Source: Mesotaenium endlicherianum
Taxonomy: Eukaryota
DNA length: 64,000 nucleotides
Assembly (NCBI GenBank): GCA_009602735.1
Contig: WELA01001939.1
Location: 959,742-1,023,741, forward strand
Direction of reading: 5' to 3'
Shown: positions 1 to 18,359 of the stretch, one piece after another
Layout: every line of letters starts with the position of its first letter
How positions within the stretch are numbered: the stretch's first letter is position 1
The notes under the pieces: generated by a model
The model's database searches: none
What the model saw: only the letters and a program-made list of their open reading frames with translations
Told to the model about the DNA's origin: nothing
Translations under genes and position numbers: made by a program

Positions 1-264
1 GGGGGGGGAAATGCTGTGTGGCCTTGGAGGTTGGGGGGGAAAGAGGGAGGGAGGGAGGGCCAACAGACCATGAGTGAATGAAATATGCCTCCTTACAAAC
101 AGCTGGCCAATCCAATCTAGACACATAATCTCATATAGCATGTCTGGAGCAGCACGAGGGCTGTGAAAGTGACACCTATAGGGCATGCTGGAGGATGGAT
201 ATGGTGTCTAGGGTCGCCTACTTTGGAATCCTGAAAAGCATGTTTGCAATTCTAAGGCACTCAC

Positions 265-571
265 CACTGTCGTCAAAGAGCTGCTGAAGGGCAGCACACC
301 AATCAGAGTGAGCTGAAGCGTCGCTGAAGTCCAGATACAGGTCCTTCTTTGCTCGACTATGGCTGGTGAAGCAGCCGCCCTGCTGCACCTGGTACGAGTG
401 TAGGGTGATTGAAGAAGCACCCTTTCGAAATCCTAGGGCGTCTTGGAGTAGCCTGAGGCTGCCTGAGGAGGTCTCTCCTCTCCAGGTCATGACACCATCA
501 GACGCAAGGGTGGCTTGAACGACAGTTCCTTCGAACTGAACGTCGGCAGTCAGCTGATGGAAGTCTGACAT
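265..571 (-). CDS. First coding exon of a putative sphingosine kinase / LCB kinase-like (DAGK-family) gene; the rest lies left of the window
   Basis: ATG at 571; the ORF ends ...KDLYLDFSDASAHSDWCAALQQLFDDSG at a GTGAGT donor (264-259). This resembles the N-terminal region of plant sphingosine kinases that precedes the kinase domain. The catalytic domain is not visible. Confidence 0.55.
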
Positions 572-1203
572 CTTTAAACAATTTGTCGATACTCTTTATG
601 CTTTAGACAGTTCGGAGTCAAAAAAAGGATTATCTTCAATTTCCGCCCATGTAAGACCCAAACGCAAGAGGTGACGGAAGGCGCTGCTGAATACTGCAAT
701 ACGGATCTTGCTTAGAGCCAGTAACAAGTTTCATCTGGCATCAAATGAGAGGACTAATCGAGCTTGTCCAGACAATGCAGATACCCATTCTTTGACCCTC
801 GTCAAAGCTGCAACAAGAATCGCATGCTGTGCACGTTAATTCTCTTACACAAATGCCGTGCATTGGACAATGTGCCCACATGTCCGTGCCAATTGCTGCC
901 CTTCTTGGTCCGCATTCTCGTTCAATTCGAAATCGTTGTAGGCATTATTCGAATGCGTACTACTGCTCGAAGTCAAGGCCATTGTTCCCGTCGGTTCACG
1001 TTTCAGGTAACTGTTCCCATTAGTTTCTTCATCTGGGGTCGTGCTCAGTCGTGCTTGTGTATCCTGCCCGATCGTGGCTCTGCGCATCGGGCAGATTACA
1101 AAACTAGCACTCGAAGTTTCGTTTAATAAAAACATGGGGTAATTACCAAACTAGCACTCCAACTTTTGTTTATTCTACAAACCAACCCGTGCTCCCAAAC
1201 TTA

Positions 1204-1945
1204 GCCCATTTTTTTGGGCAAAGTTGCCAAAAACGACATCTACTAGATGTGGGCGCTTGTGCCCACATTCACTTTTGCAAAATGTGCGCTTTGGGGCACT
1301 CGATCCAAAGGAAAGCAACTCACATTTTCCAAAATGTGAGCAGGTCACATTTATGCGTTGTACCGCGTCAGGAGCTGTCAGCTCTCGTCAGAGAGCTGAC
1401 GAGAGCTGAATCAAGCGAGAGTGTGTGAAAGACGAACAGAATCGCCATCGACGACACGCCACTGTACCGGGGATCTTCTCGAGCGACGGAAACCGCTTGT
1501 GTGGTACTAGGGGGTAATGTGCAAGCGGGAGACTGAAATGGACCGCAAGGAACCCGGTCGTCAATCGTGTGAAGCCATCAACTACGCGTGCGATCGAAAT
1601 GATAAAACGTGCGGACGATGCAAGATAGCCGACAGTAATTGAAGCATTAAAAAAACACAGATTTATCAGCCAGCTATAGACTTATATTCATTGGAAGCAG
1701 ACAAAAGGCATTCAATCCTACAAGGAGGTTGCAATGGGTGGTTCAAATAGGGTATTGCAGCTACTAAACTTCATACAGATCGAAGTTCTCACTCTCTTGT
1801 TGTAAATTTGTGTGACTCAATACCTCATAATGAGTCAATAATAACAAAAAATGGAAATTAAATTCCCCATGTAAATTGATTGATACACAAGTACTTGCAT
1901 ATTGGCACTAGGTCTTTGATTTACGACATGCAAGTCGAAGGTTAA
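1204..1945 (+). repeat. Left arm of a 742-bp near-perfect inverted repeat (partner 7633-8374)
   Basis: Reverse complement of 7633-8374 with no indels (paired coordinates sum to 9578) and only about 6 substitutions seen by eye; ORFs 1189..1428(+) and 8150..8389(-) translate almost identically. Confidence 0.95.
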
Positions 1946-2307
1946 CGAACAAAATTACTACGAGGCTGCCCACAGGATGCTATATATATTGGCCTTCACA
2001 AAGGTAACACCATCAAGCTTATGATTAAAATGAGACGAAGAAACAAAAGCGCCATTTTGCACTCAATGATGAATACCTGATCCTTGTCGACCAACAAGTG
2101 TCGCCCAAACCGCACACATGATGAATATCAAACTCATATTTCCACAAACAAAATCGAATTCCAATATCACGATTCAATATTAAAAACAAAAGAAAAATAT
2201 GACAAATAAAACACACATACATGCACAATAGATATTGATTCCATTATAAACAGTTAGTAACCTACATGAAGCATTGCATCAACGATATCAACACTAGAAT
2301 TTTCCTT

Positions 2308-2311
<4 letters not shown>

Positions 2312-2371
<60 letters not shown>

Positions 2372-2468
2372 ATCTCTCTCTCTCCCTCTCTCTCTCTCTC
2401 TCTNNNNNNNNNNNNNNNNNNNNNNNNNNNNNNNNNNNNNNNNNNNTCTCTCTCTCTCTCTCTCTCTC
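2312..2468. repeat. (CT)n microsatellite containing an assembly gap
   Basis: Direct reading; N run inside. Confidence 0.95.
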
Positions 2469-2959
2469 TCTAGTGAAACAGATAGATAAAGTACTTAGTG
2501 AAATATAATACTTTATCTATTCAAGACAAGAATCTTTGAACACAAGTGGTAGCTTCTTGAAAGAGAGATGGCTTCCTGAAAATTAATATATTTCTGAATT
2601 TTGGCCAGTGCAAGAGTGATTCTGGAATGTCTTTCTATGTTTTAGCTCTTGTTTATATACCTGCTACATAAGTAATTTCTAGGAAGGTGTATGTTGATGT
2701 GTTGGCACCCAACACATCCCAAAACTTGCCACCTCTTTCTAGAATAATGTACACATGTCTTTTTGACCTACATTTGACTTTTGCCACGTGGAGTTCTTCT
2801 AGGTCTTTCCTCTAACTTGAAAATGCCTTAGAAGGTTCAAAGGACATGAACCAAGTCACTAGAGTACCTATTCACACTTGAATCCACACAATACTACTCC
2901 AAATATATTTGAAAACATTAAAATATATGCAAACAAATATGTAATAACTCAAATCACTA

Positions 2960-2961
<2 letters not shown>
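2469..2961 (-). mobile_element. Solo LTR of chromovirus family B inserted in a (CT)n tract
   Basis: Reverse complement of the 503-bp LTRs at 39239-39741 and 45416-45918 (TAGTGAAACAGATAGATAAAGTAC...CTCAAATCACTACA), somewhat diverged; CT repeats on both sides. Confidence 0.9.
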
Positions 2962-3008
<47 letters not shown>

Positions 3009-3018
3009 NNNNNNNNNN

Positions 3019-3070
<52 letters not shown>
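2962..3070. repeat. (CT)n microsatellite
   Basis: Direct reading. Confidence 0.95.
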
Positions 3071-3073
<3 letters not shown>

Positions 3074-3991
3074 TCTATGTGATGTTTCTGCTTTTTAAGA
3101 GGATCTTTTCCTCGGTATTCAAGGAATATTTGATTGAAGTGGAAAGAAAATCTATATACTTGTGCAAATTGACAAATCCTCGAGAAAGCAAAAATGAAAA
3201 CTAACGTAGAATGTGTGCTCGTGAGAGTTGCACTCACAATGACTCTACAGGTATTTATACCTGCACAACGTGAGGCACTGGAGTGCTTCGAGTCACCACC
3301 TAGGGCACTGGTTCATGTCAACGAAATCCGGCAAAAGGGTACGACCCATTTCGGCTTAATGCTCGAAAGGCGCCGTTTGGCCGTTTGGAGACTTTTCGAC
3401 GGTTTCCGAAAAACCGTTTCGCGCCAAACGGGCGTTTTCGCGTTCTCGCGACTTTCCAAAAAGTTGTGACTGCTCGCGAAGTCGCGTACAAATGCTTTCG
3501 TCATGAATTGGTAATTTAAAAGCTACTTTGGCCAATTGGTTAGGTGTGAACGTTTCAAACAACAAGTCGTGGGTTCGAATCTGCTCGGATGCAAAGCGAC
3601 TTTGCATACTTCGTTTTGCTTAACTATTACGGCTGTTTTTCGTATTAACGACTGGTCATAAATCCGAAATCTGTGACTGTGCATTATTCGAGATAATGAC
3701 AATCAAAATAACTTAATCAAACAATGATTTATTAAATTATCACTTCATAATTTAATCAAAGTAACTTTATGAAAAATTATGTCGTACTTTTGTGAAGTAG
3801 TCAAATTACGTTACGACGCTTTTTGCAATAGTATCTCGTTTCGGCAATCGACCGGGACTTAATCGGCACACGCGTGTGACGAATAATTGAATGTGATGCA
3901 ATCATTTATCAAATAATGTATGATAAATAGTATAACATATTTTAGGTAATTTGGGAAAATATCCAAAATACGCCTAAAAAGCTCAAATCGT

Positions 3992-3997
<6 letters not shown>

Positions 3998-4045
<48 letters not shown>

Positions 4046-4046
4046 N

Positions 4047-4120
<74 letters not shown>
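3998..4120. repeat. (CT)n microsatellite
   Basis: Direct reading. Confidence 0.95.
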
Positions 4121-4122
<2 letters not shown>

Positions 4123-4738
4123 GAAGGGATTTTTGTTTGGAAGGTAGACAAGTTCATATACAGGATTTGTTTAGAGATGCTAGTGCAGGATTTGGACAAC
4201 CACCACGGGCATGCAAAAAGCACATGAAATGGTAAATTTTGTGTTAGTCTTCAAGTTTTGAAATTTGCAAATGTGTAATTGCTGGTGAGTAAGAGCAAGA
4301 TTAGCAAGGTATATCCAACAATGAACAAATGAGAAAGTCTAGCCTATCATGAAGTACTTGTGCAAGATGATTAGCAGATGGTCATTCTCAGGCAAATTGC
4401 CACATACACACGTGCAAAGGTCGGTTACCAGTGATCGACATGCAGGTGGATGGCTCCTGTGCAAGGATGCATTGACAAATTGACCAGGTCAACAAATTCA
4501 CATTTGAAGGACCACGGAGAAGTTTACTAGATCGGTAATATACGTGCTAGGAAGCACCACACGTGCTTTGGTCTTGACGTCGTTGGGCACAACAGCACTT
4601 TTATGTTTTGAAGTCAAACTCGGTAGCAAACTCTGCATATGTGAATAAAATGAGTAGAGTGCTAGACGTTAATACAATGGCACTATTTACCTGGGAGTTA
4701 AGCACGTTGGTAAGACCTCCGTTAACCAAGTGCGCAAG

Positions 4739-6093
4739 AGTAATGAGTCATTATAATAATAAATGTATTAATTTGGTTAATTGGAATAGTTGAATATTTC
4801 AGATTGCTGAACTTTAGCTAATAGTCAGTAAAGTGACTCAGCCGAGAGCAGCACGCTGAAGTCATTTTAAGTGAGCTTGGTGACACAGTTTGTGACCCTC
4901 AACTAATCGACTTAAGTGGAATCACTAAATTGCCTTGTTATGCATATACTGTGATATGCTAAATAAATATCCCATGACAATTTAGGCGGATGGCGATTTG
5001 GTATGCCGAGATCCTACCAACGTGGTTAAATCTCGGGTAGGAGGTGCCATTGCACTTGCCGTTGACATATACTCATTCCATGTACATATGCTTAGTTTGT
5101 TATCGGTTGCGGCATTTGAAACAAGGTTGACTTTTTGTACAGACTACAGAGAAAATCCAAGGCTGCAAGCCATTACACAAACTGTTTACTAACCTTGCTT
5201 ACGGATAAGTTTTACCACTTGCATGATTGACTCGTGAGAACTTCTTACGTTAGTTGTGTGTGCTTTTGCTGCTTAATGGATCAACCATAACGACCATTAA
5301 GATTACTTGCTGATATAAGATCCTCCTTTTATAGCTAATCGTTTATTGCCAATTGGTAAGTTGAAATGAATCGACTTACCAATAAGAGATTAATTATTAT
5401 TAAAATATGCTATTTAGTATGTAATCTTTAAAATAATTTCTGGTTAACTTATTAAGCAGCAAAAGACCACACAACTAGTGTAAACAATACTCACAAGTCA
5501 AATGCAAGTAACGAGCATCAATCATGTAATCAGTACACTCGTACATAAGCAAGGTTAGTAAGCAATTCGTGCAACGGCTTGCAGTTTTGGATTTAGATGT
5601 TCTCTCAGAAATGTGTATAGAGTGCTGCCCTCGTTTCCCAATTTGAACTTGATGGCTAGCATATGTACATGAATGGGTTTATTGTTCAATGGCAAGTGTG
5701 ATGGCACCACCTACCCATGAATTAACCACATTGGTAGTCCACAGTTATCTCCCATCATCCCGCAACGCCTTCCGCCTAAGGCGTCATTTGGCCCTTCATC
5801 TAGATCACACTTAAATGCATTACTAGGCAGTTCACTAGTACCACTTAAGGTGGTCGTGTGGTTGTCAAAGAATGTGTCAACATGGTAACTTAAGTTGACC
5901 TCAACCTGTTGCTACCGGCTAAATCAATATACTAAATAATACTAGAAGTCCATTACACTCAATATATTACTAAAAGTCCATTACACTTAATATTAACCGA
6001 AGTACATCAGACTAAACTTAATTAAATATTGCAGTTAACTGAAATAATATATCTACCAATATACTGATTCAATACATAAGTCGATTCATTTCA
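4739..6093 (+). mobile_element. Degenerate family-A solo LTR, interrupted by a second solo LTR
   Basis: Starts AGTAATGAGTCATTATA (consensus TGTAATGAATCAGTATA), ends GTCGATTCATTTCA; 5-bp TSD GCAAG at 4734-4738 and 6094-6098. Confidence 0.85.
5362..6076 (-). mobile_element. Degenerate family-A solo LTR nested in the previous one
   Basis: TGAAATGAATCGACTTACCAA...ATACTGATTCAATACA, 715 bp; TSD TAAGT at 5357-5361 and 6077-6081. Confidence 0.9.
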
Positions 6094-7632
6094 GCAAGTA
6101 TCTCCAGTCATTGAGTAGTGTATTTGCCCAACGTTTCACTTGGTCATTCATCTATCTGGTATATCACAATAGATGCAATACTAGGCCTTTTGTTCCTTCC
6201 GCTTAAGATGGTTAGTTGGATATTAAAGAATGTGTCAACCGGTTGACTAGAGTGGACTCAGCCGATCACAGTCAATTGGGTCACTAAACTGAATAACTAT
6301 TAGCCGATTAATCCCTTCTTTACATTGTAGGCAAGTTGGTTTATCAGTAAGATATAAAATCATTACAATAGCAAAGAACAACGATACAAATATGATAACC
6401 AATACCTTCATAGTCACCATTATAAAATTAGCCTGATTCATGCAATTACATATGAACATGGTCAGTAAGCACTTTATGTAGTGACTCGCAGTTATAGGTT
6501 TCAAAATGTGTACCTTGTGCGATGATTGTCCTCCTCTTGAATGGCTAGTTGTATAGCAATCTTAACACATGCACATGAAATGATTATATTGCTTGAAAAA
6601 AATGCATTGGCGAGGTTTACTTAAAACTTAACTTATTGATAGGATCTTGTTTAACCAACTCCACAACCATCTCTCATCAGATTAGATCGCCATTCACCTC
6701 GAGCATCAGTTGGCCAACCATATAACCGACATGTTAAATAAGTGCATCACTAGGCAATCAGGCGCAATTAGTTGACTCTTAAAGAGTGTTTCAATGAGCT
6801 CATGAGTTTCAACTTAGTGTTAAAGACTTTATTTAGCAGATCAGATCTAATTAAGCATCATGGTTTGAGATATCAACATATATCACAAATTTAATCTCTC
6901 TTCGCGAGCAAGTTGATTCAAGTTGCTCGTTGGTGAAAGATTTTACAAGGTTTTGATGCAAATTTGAGTTGTCCTTGAAACACCAAAAAGAGTACAACTT
7001 GAATTGATGATCTTTACTGATTGGTATTTGCTAATCACGAAAGCATTCTACCAATCAAGTAATGCACCATCATAGATGTGCCACTGCTTTGCAAATGATT
7101 CTTTACCTTGTTTTCTAGATTGCCACAAAGAGAATCGTAACTCAAAAGTCTGGTTATAAGAATAATACTTTGATTTCTCTAAAGTTTGAACCTCCCACCT
7201 TGTCCTTGCACTAGCAAAAAGCAAGCACAGCCAAGTAGAGCTTTCTTATTACTTCTCACTCGCGCAATGTACAATTACCAAGTAATCAAACACGTAAACT
7301 TGAATTTTGCAATACACAAAAATAAAATATCTTGGGGAAGCATTTCAAAGATGTGTCACTTTGGTCCGTTGCAAAACACAAAACACAAAGTTGTCGGCTC
7401 ACAGTTTTGGTAGGACATTTCCGCCAAAATTGGCTCCTATTTTCCATACTTGAGATTATAAATCTCACAAATGCCTGCACAATAGCTGACAATTGTTTGC
7501 AATAAAAAACATACCTATCCATCCACTCATCTTGCCCATATGAAGCTGACTAACCAATTAACGTGCCTTGTATACTGGCGACTAACTATCTTGTCATATT
7601 CACCTGGTTTATGTGTCACAGTAATTCATTAT

Positions 7633-8374
7633 TTAACCTTCGACTTGCATGTCGTAAATCAAAGACCTAGTGCCAATATGCAAGTACTTGTGTATCAATC
7701 AATTTACATGGGGAATTTAATTTCCATTTTTTGTTATTATTGACTCATTATGCGGTATTGAGTCACACAAATTTACAACAAGAGAGTGAGAACTTCGATC
7801 TGTATGAAGTTTAGTAGCTGCAATACCCTATTTGAACCACCCATTGCAACCTCCTTGTAGGATTGAATGCCTTTTGTCTGCTTCCAATGAATATAAGTCT
7901 ATAGCTGGCTGATAAATCTGTGTTTTTTTAATGCTTCAATTACTGTCGGCTATCTTGCATCGTCCGCACGTTTTATCATTTCGATCGCACGCGTAGTTGA
8001 TGGCTTCACACGATTGACGACCGGGTTCCTTGCGGTCCATTTCAGTCTCCCGCTTGCACATTACCCCCTAGTACCACACAAGCGGTTTCCGTCGCTCGAG
8101 AAGATCCCCGATACAGTGGCGTGTCGTCGATGGCGATTCTGTTCGTCTTTCACACACTCTCGCATGATTCAGCTCTCGTCAGCTCTCTGACGAGAGCTGA
8201 CAGCTCCTGACGCGGTACAACGCATAAATGTGACCTGCTCACATTTTGGAAAATGTGAGTTGCTTTCCTTTGGATCGAGTGCCCCAAAGCGCACATTTTG
8301 CAAAAGTGAATGTGGGCACAAGCGCCCAAATCTCGTAGGTGTCGTTTTTGGCAACTTTGCCCAAAAAAATGGGC
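7633..8374 (-). repeat. Right arm of the 742-bp inverted repeat
   Basis: Reverse complement of 1204-1945. Confidence 0.95.
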
Positions 8375-9591
8375 CAAAGTTGAAAACATCGTTGTAGAGC
8401 AACGTTACCCAGCTAGCTTCAAGATATGTGAACAACGTGAAACGCGTCCACTTGGGCGGCCAAAATGATGCGGCGAATCCCATCCCATGTGAAAGGCGAC
8501 CCCCTTCCTTCACGCGATTTCTTTTGGCACACACACAGTTGCGCCCGGCTCACTATTAAACTTGGGGCCAAGGGATTCATGATGCATCAGTAATAGCCTA
8601 ACTTCACTTATAGCTCAGTCTTATTGGCGAGATAAGAAACACAGTCATCCATCTCCTCGTCAACCTCACCCTCGTCCTCAGGTGCCTATCGACAACCTAC
8701 TCATCATGTTGAATATACCTATCTATCTAGCTCTATTAGCTGGTCTGCCTAGCTGTGGACCAAGACCTACTCTAAGAGAGGTCTTCATTTAACCACCGCT
8801 CTAGCTAGAATATCCTATCAAGATAGCCTGGCGAATCGTCCTCGAGTGCGTCCCACCGTCCTTTCTTAACTAATCATGTGAAATAAATCGAATTACCAAT
8901 AGGCAATTTTTATTATAAAAATATCTTCATATCACCACGTAATCTTTATGGTGTTTTTTTGGGGTTAACTCAATAAAAAGCATAAGCTAACTTGTTCTTT
9001 TTGAATCTGTTCAAGAAAATTTGAGCGCTCAAATTATAGTAATATTTTGCATAGAAGAAGGCTTAACAATCTGTATTCATAGTACAGGATAGATTGCATG
9101 AGAATCTTGCACTTATCAATGTGAGTGTAATAATTAACATCAATTTGCCAATTGCATACTTTGCACAATAAATTGCAGTTTTTCTTTCTCCAATTTATGA
9201 ACGGGCTTTGCTTGTATGCTTTTCTATTTGTCATGCTCCCAAGAATATTGATGATGCTCAACAATTTTGTAAAACAGAGGCGTGCTACAATAGTGAGTTT
9301 CCATTTTGAGCATGAGCATATGAGCGGCAAGAGGCTTATAAGATCTTTGTAACTATGTTCATTGTAAGGTTTCCTTGATCTCCTACATGTAACTCCTCGT
9401 GACTCCAATACTACAAATTGAGAAATCCTTCAATGAGCCAAACACAAATCGACAGAAGCTCCACACACTATTGCCTCCTTGGCAAAGAAAGAGAAATGCA
9501 TCGTTTAAGATAACCCAACAAAAGACTGTAAGAAGACTACTTACAGAGGTGCAATGGCAGATTCCAGCAGAGATAGCTGTGCAAAATGTAA

Positions 9592-9730
9592 GTGTATGGC
9601 ACTCAAGAAGAGTGTAACGACGAATAATTTTCTAAGTACGTGTATGGCACTCAAGAAGAGTGTAATGACGAATGGTTTTCTACGTACGTGTATGGCACTA
9701 AAGAAGAGTGTAATGAGGAATAAGTTTTCG
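9592..9730 (+). repeat. 48-bp tandem repeat, about 3 copies, upstream of RPS3
   Basis: GTGTATGGCACT(C/A)AAGAAGAGTGTAA recurs at 9592, 9640 and 9688. Confidence 0.9.
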
Positions 9731-10054
9731 AGTTTATAGCAGTCGTACGTTTGACTGGAGGCCACACACGCACTGGCTGGCAGAAGGGCACAAACCCATG
9801 GAAGTGTAGACTAGAACATTTGTGGTCGCGTCGACTACTGGGCCCGACCATGACAGAGTTTCGGGGACGTCGGGTTAACGAGAGAGAAAAACATTTCCGG
9901 CATATGTCCAGCAAAAAAGATGTCCGTCGAAGATGATGCCTATCGTAGATTATGAGTCATCGACGGCTCTCACGGATGGCACAACCTCCAATTCGTAGTC
10001 GCGCAATGCCAGGCTGACGAAGGACTCACTTAGCGTGCTATGGCGGCAATGAAG

Positions 10055-10064
10055 CTCTCTTTCC
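10055..10064 (+). promoter_or_regulatory. Candidate 5'TOP-like pyrimidine start of RPS3, followed by a possible short 5'UTR intron
   Basis: CTCTCTTTCC about 95 nt upstream of the ATG; GTGAGC donor at 10069; candidate acceptors TAG at 10122 or CAG at 10132. Confidence 0.4.
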
Positions 10065-10157
10065 TGGCGTGAGCTACTGCAGCCATCCGCCTGTCTTCCT
10101 TAACTTTTTCTTGAAGCTGTAGGGCTCTACAGCTTCGGACTTTCGAAAGCTCCAATC

Positions 10158-16029
<5,872 letters not shown>

Positions 16030-18359
16030 AGAGGATAAGATGTGTAGTAGAATGAGACACATGATCTTTTTAATTGCGCTTGTTGGAGGCATCCTTACAG
16101 CAAGCAGTGTAAAAGCGTCGTGTTTGTTGTCTATGGCCTGCTTAGCAAGACAAGCCGTGTTTGGAAACGTTGACCTATTAAGTGCTGTGTAGTGGTGCTT
16201 GTAATGCTTGCTGTAATATTTACATAAACAAAGTCCTTCACTGCTCGTGCTGCTCTTAAGCAAAATGATTTGGTGTAGTACATGTTGCTTGTGTCTTAGG
16301 CTGTTTGGGGGTTTGAAGTCGGAGTATGCATGGACTACTATCAGATTTTTCTTAACCTCTCTTTGTGGAGCACTGAGCACTGTACATAATGTCGAATTTG
16401 GTTGCGTGTATTGGTGTGAGTAGTATATAACACCAACTATGAAAACCTTTGATTGCCATCTCCACTGCTAGGCACATTACAAGCTGTGACTGCCCTGCTC
16501 CACGCAAGTTTTACTGAACAATGAGCTGTGTGTCTGACAAGGTAGTAGGTTGAGTCCTTGGCATCAAAAGATATGGCAAACAAGATTTTTAAAAAGCGCA
16601 TCGTGGTATATGTATCTGTGAGGCTAATTGATTTAAAATAAAAAGTGAGATAATTCATAAAAATTTCGAAGAGCATAGAAAGAGCAATGGAAGACAGTAT
16701 ATAGGACTACATAGTCACTGGTCAACTTAATATTGTCAAGCTGGTTCAAGAGAAGATCTTCAAGATTTTAGTAGCACACGTTATGATAGTAGACATATAT
16801 CATCAAAGTGAACTATGATGTGCTATGTAGTAGCACACGTTATGATATTGTCAGCTACACAATTGTATAATTGATTGCTATGCATCTTAAAAAATTAGGT
16901 TTAGAATGAATTCTCACAAGCATAGGCCACCTGGATACGCCACATTTACTTGCAATTACAAGACTCATGTACTAATGATATTTTGGACGGGCAGATATCG
17001 TCTCATGAATTCTTTTGGGTTGGATATCTAGGACGTAGCTGCTATTGAACGGATATCGGATCTGTCGCAGGGTCATCTTTGCTCTTGAAACACAGGTTTC
17101 AAAAGCTAACCTTGACTTAAAACCTTCATGAAAAAAACAAGCACGAATTGAGTTAGCAAGGCCACTAGCTGTGTGCTGCAGGTTCTCGACTTAAAATACA
17201 TCATTAATATTGTTAGGCACAGAGAGGGCCAGCTGCAACATGTAAAGGCATGCATACTTCACAAGTGCACTCTCAGCGGTATAGATCTTGTGTGGAGTGC
17301 AACTCGTACGTCAAACTGCTCGGTAAAAAAACGAGGCGTGGAAGACGTGCCTCCCCCTAGTCTTTGAGACTGTAATTTATTCACAATAAAAGCGTACGGA
17401 CACAAATTTGGATAGTTCCTGAATATAGTTGTGGAATCTGAAGGGAGCGTCACAGAACCAGGTTGAGTTGATTCCCTAGACACACGAGCACTACCCCATG
17501 GCAGCTTGAGCTTATGATGCATTCTATTAGCATTGAGATTGATACTTGTGCTGAGCACCACTGAGGACCAAATAACAAGCAACTGCTGCCTAAGGGCCGA
17601 TTTAGAGTGGACACTCGCAAAATGTTCTATTCCGCCAATCGCGCTATCGAGTTTTCTGCAATTCAATTTTTTAGAAACTAATTCAATTGTACAAGTGTCC
17701 GATTTTGACATGTTTTGAAGTTCTTGGTTTAAAGTGGGCACACGTCCTCGCTGTACTATTGTTTGTCTAATTCCCCGATTACGAGGGTTGCGATTTGCCA
17801 CTCTTTATTTCTCGGGGTGATTGGTTAGAACCAAAATTGTTTTGAATGTGTCGACCTCGCAAAGTTAAATATTGGACTTCCCGCTTTCTTCTTCACATTT
17901 GCTGCGCATAGCTTACAATTCTCTACCTTCTACTTTCTACTCTTCTTCTGCACCAATTCTGCACGATAGAGGTTCTACTGCAGCTTCTGCACTTCGGCAC
18001 TTGGGCACTACTGCAGCTAACGAAGGAAAGGGGAACAACGTACAAGGTGAGAGTTTACCATCTTTCATTTGGACAGGTCCTTTTGTCTTATTTGAAGTGC
18101 CATCAAATGTTGTCAAGTGAAGAGCTAGCACGTGAGCTAATGTAGCTGGGCGATGGATACTTCAGTGCATCCTAATCGCTTTGTGCCCTACTGTCTTGAT
18201 GTATTCAATATCTACTTGCTGTCATCTGTAGTTGCCTGTCTCCGTCTCTTTGCGCAGCTTGCTAACGCTAGTTGCTTAGGGACACATCCGACACTACCTG
18301 TTGCTACATTTGCCACTTCTGCAGGTTAGTACATTCATAGCCAATTCTTCTTACATTGT

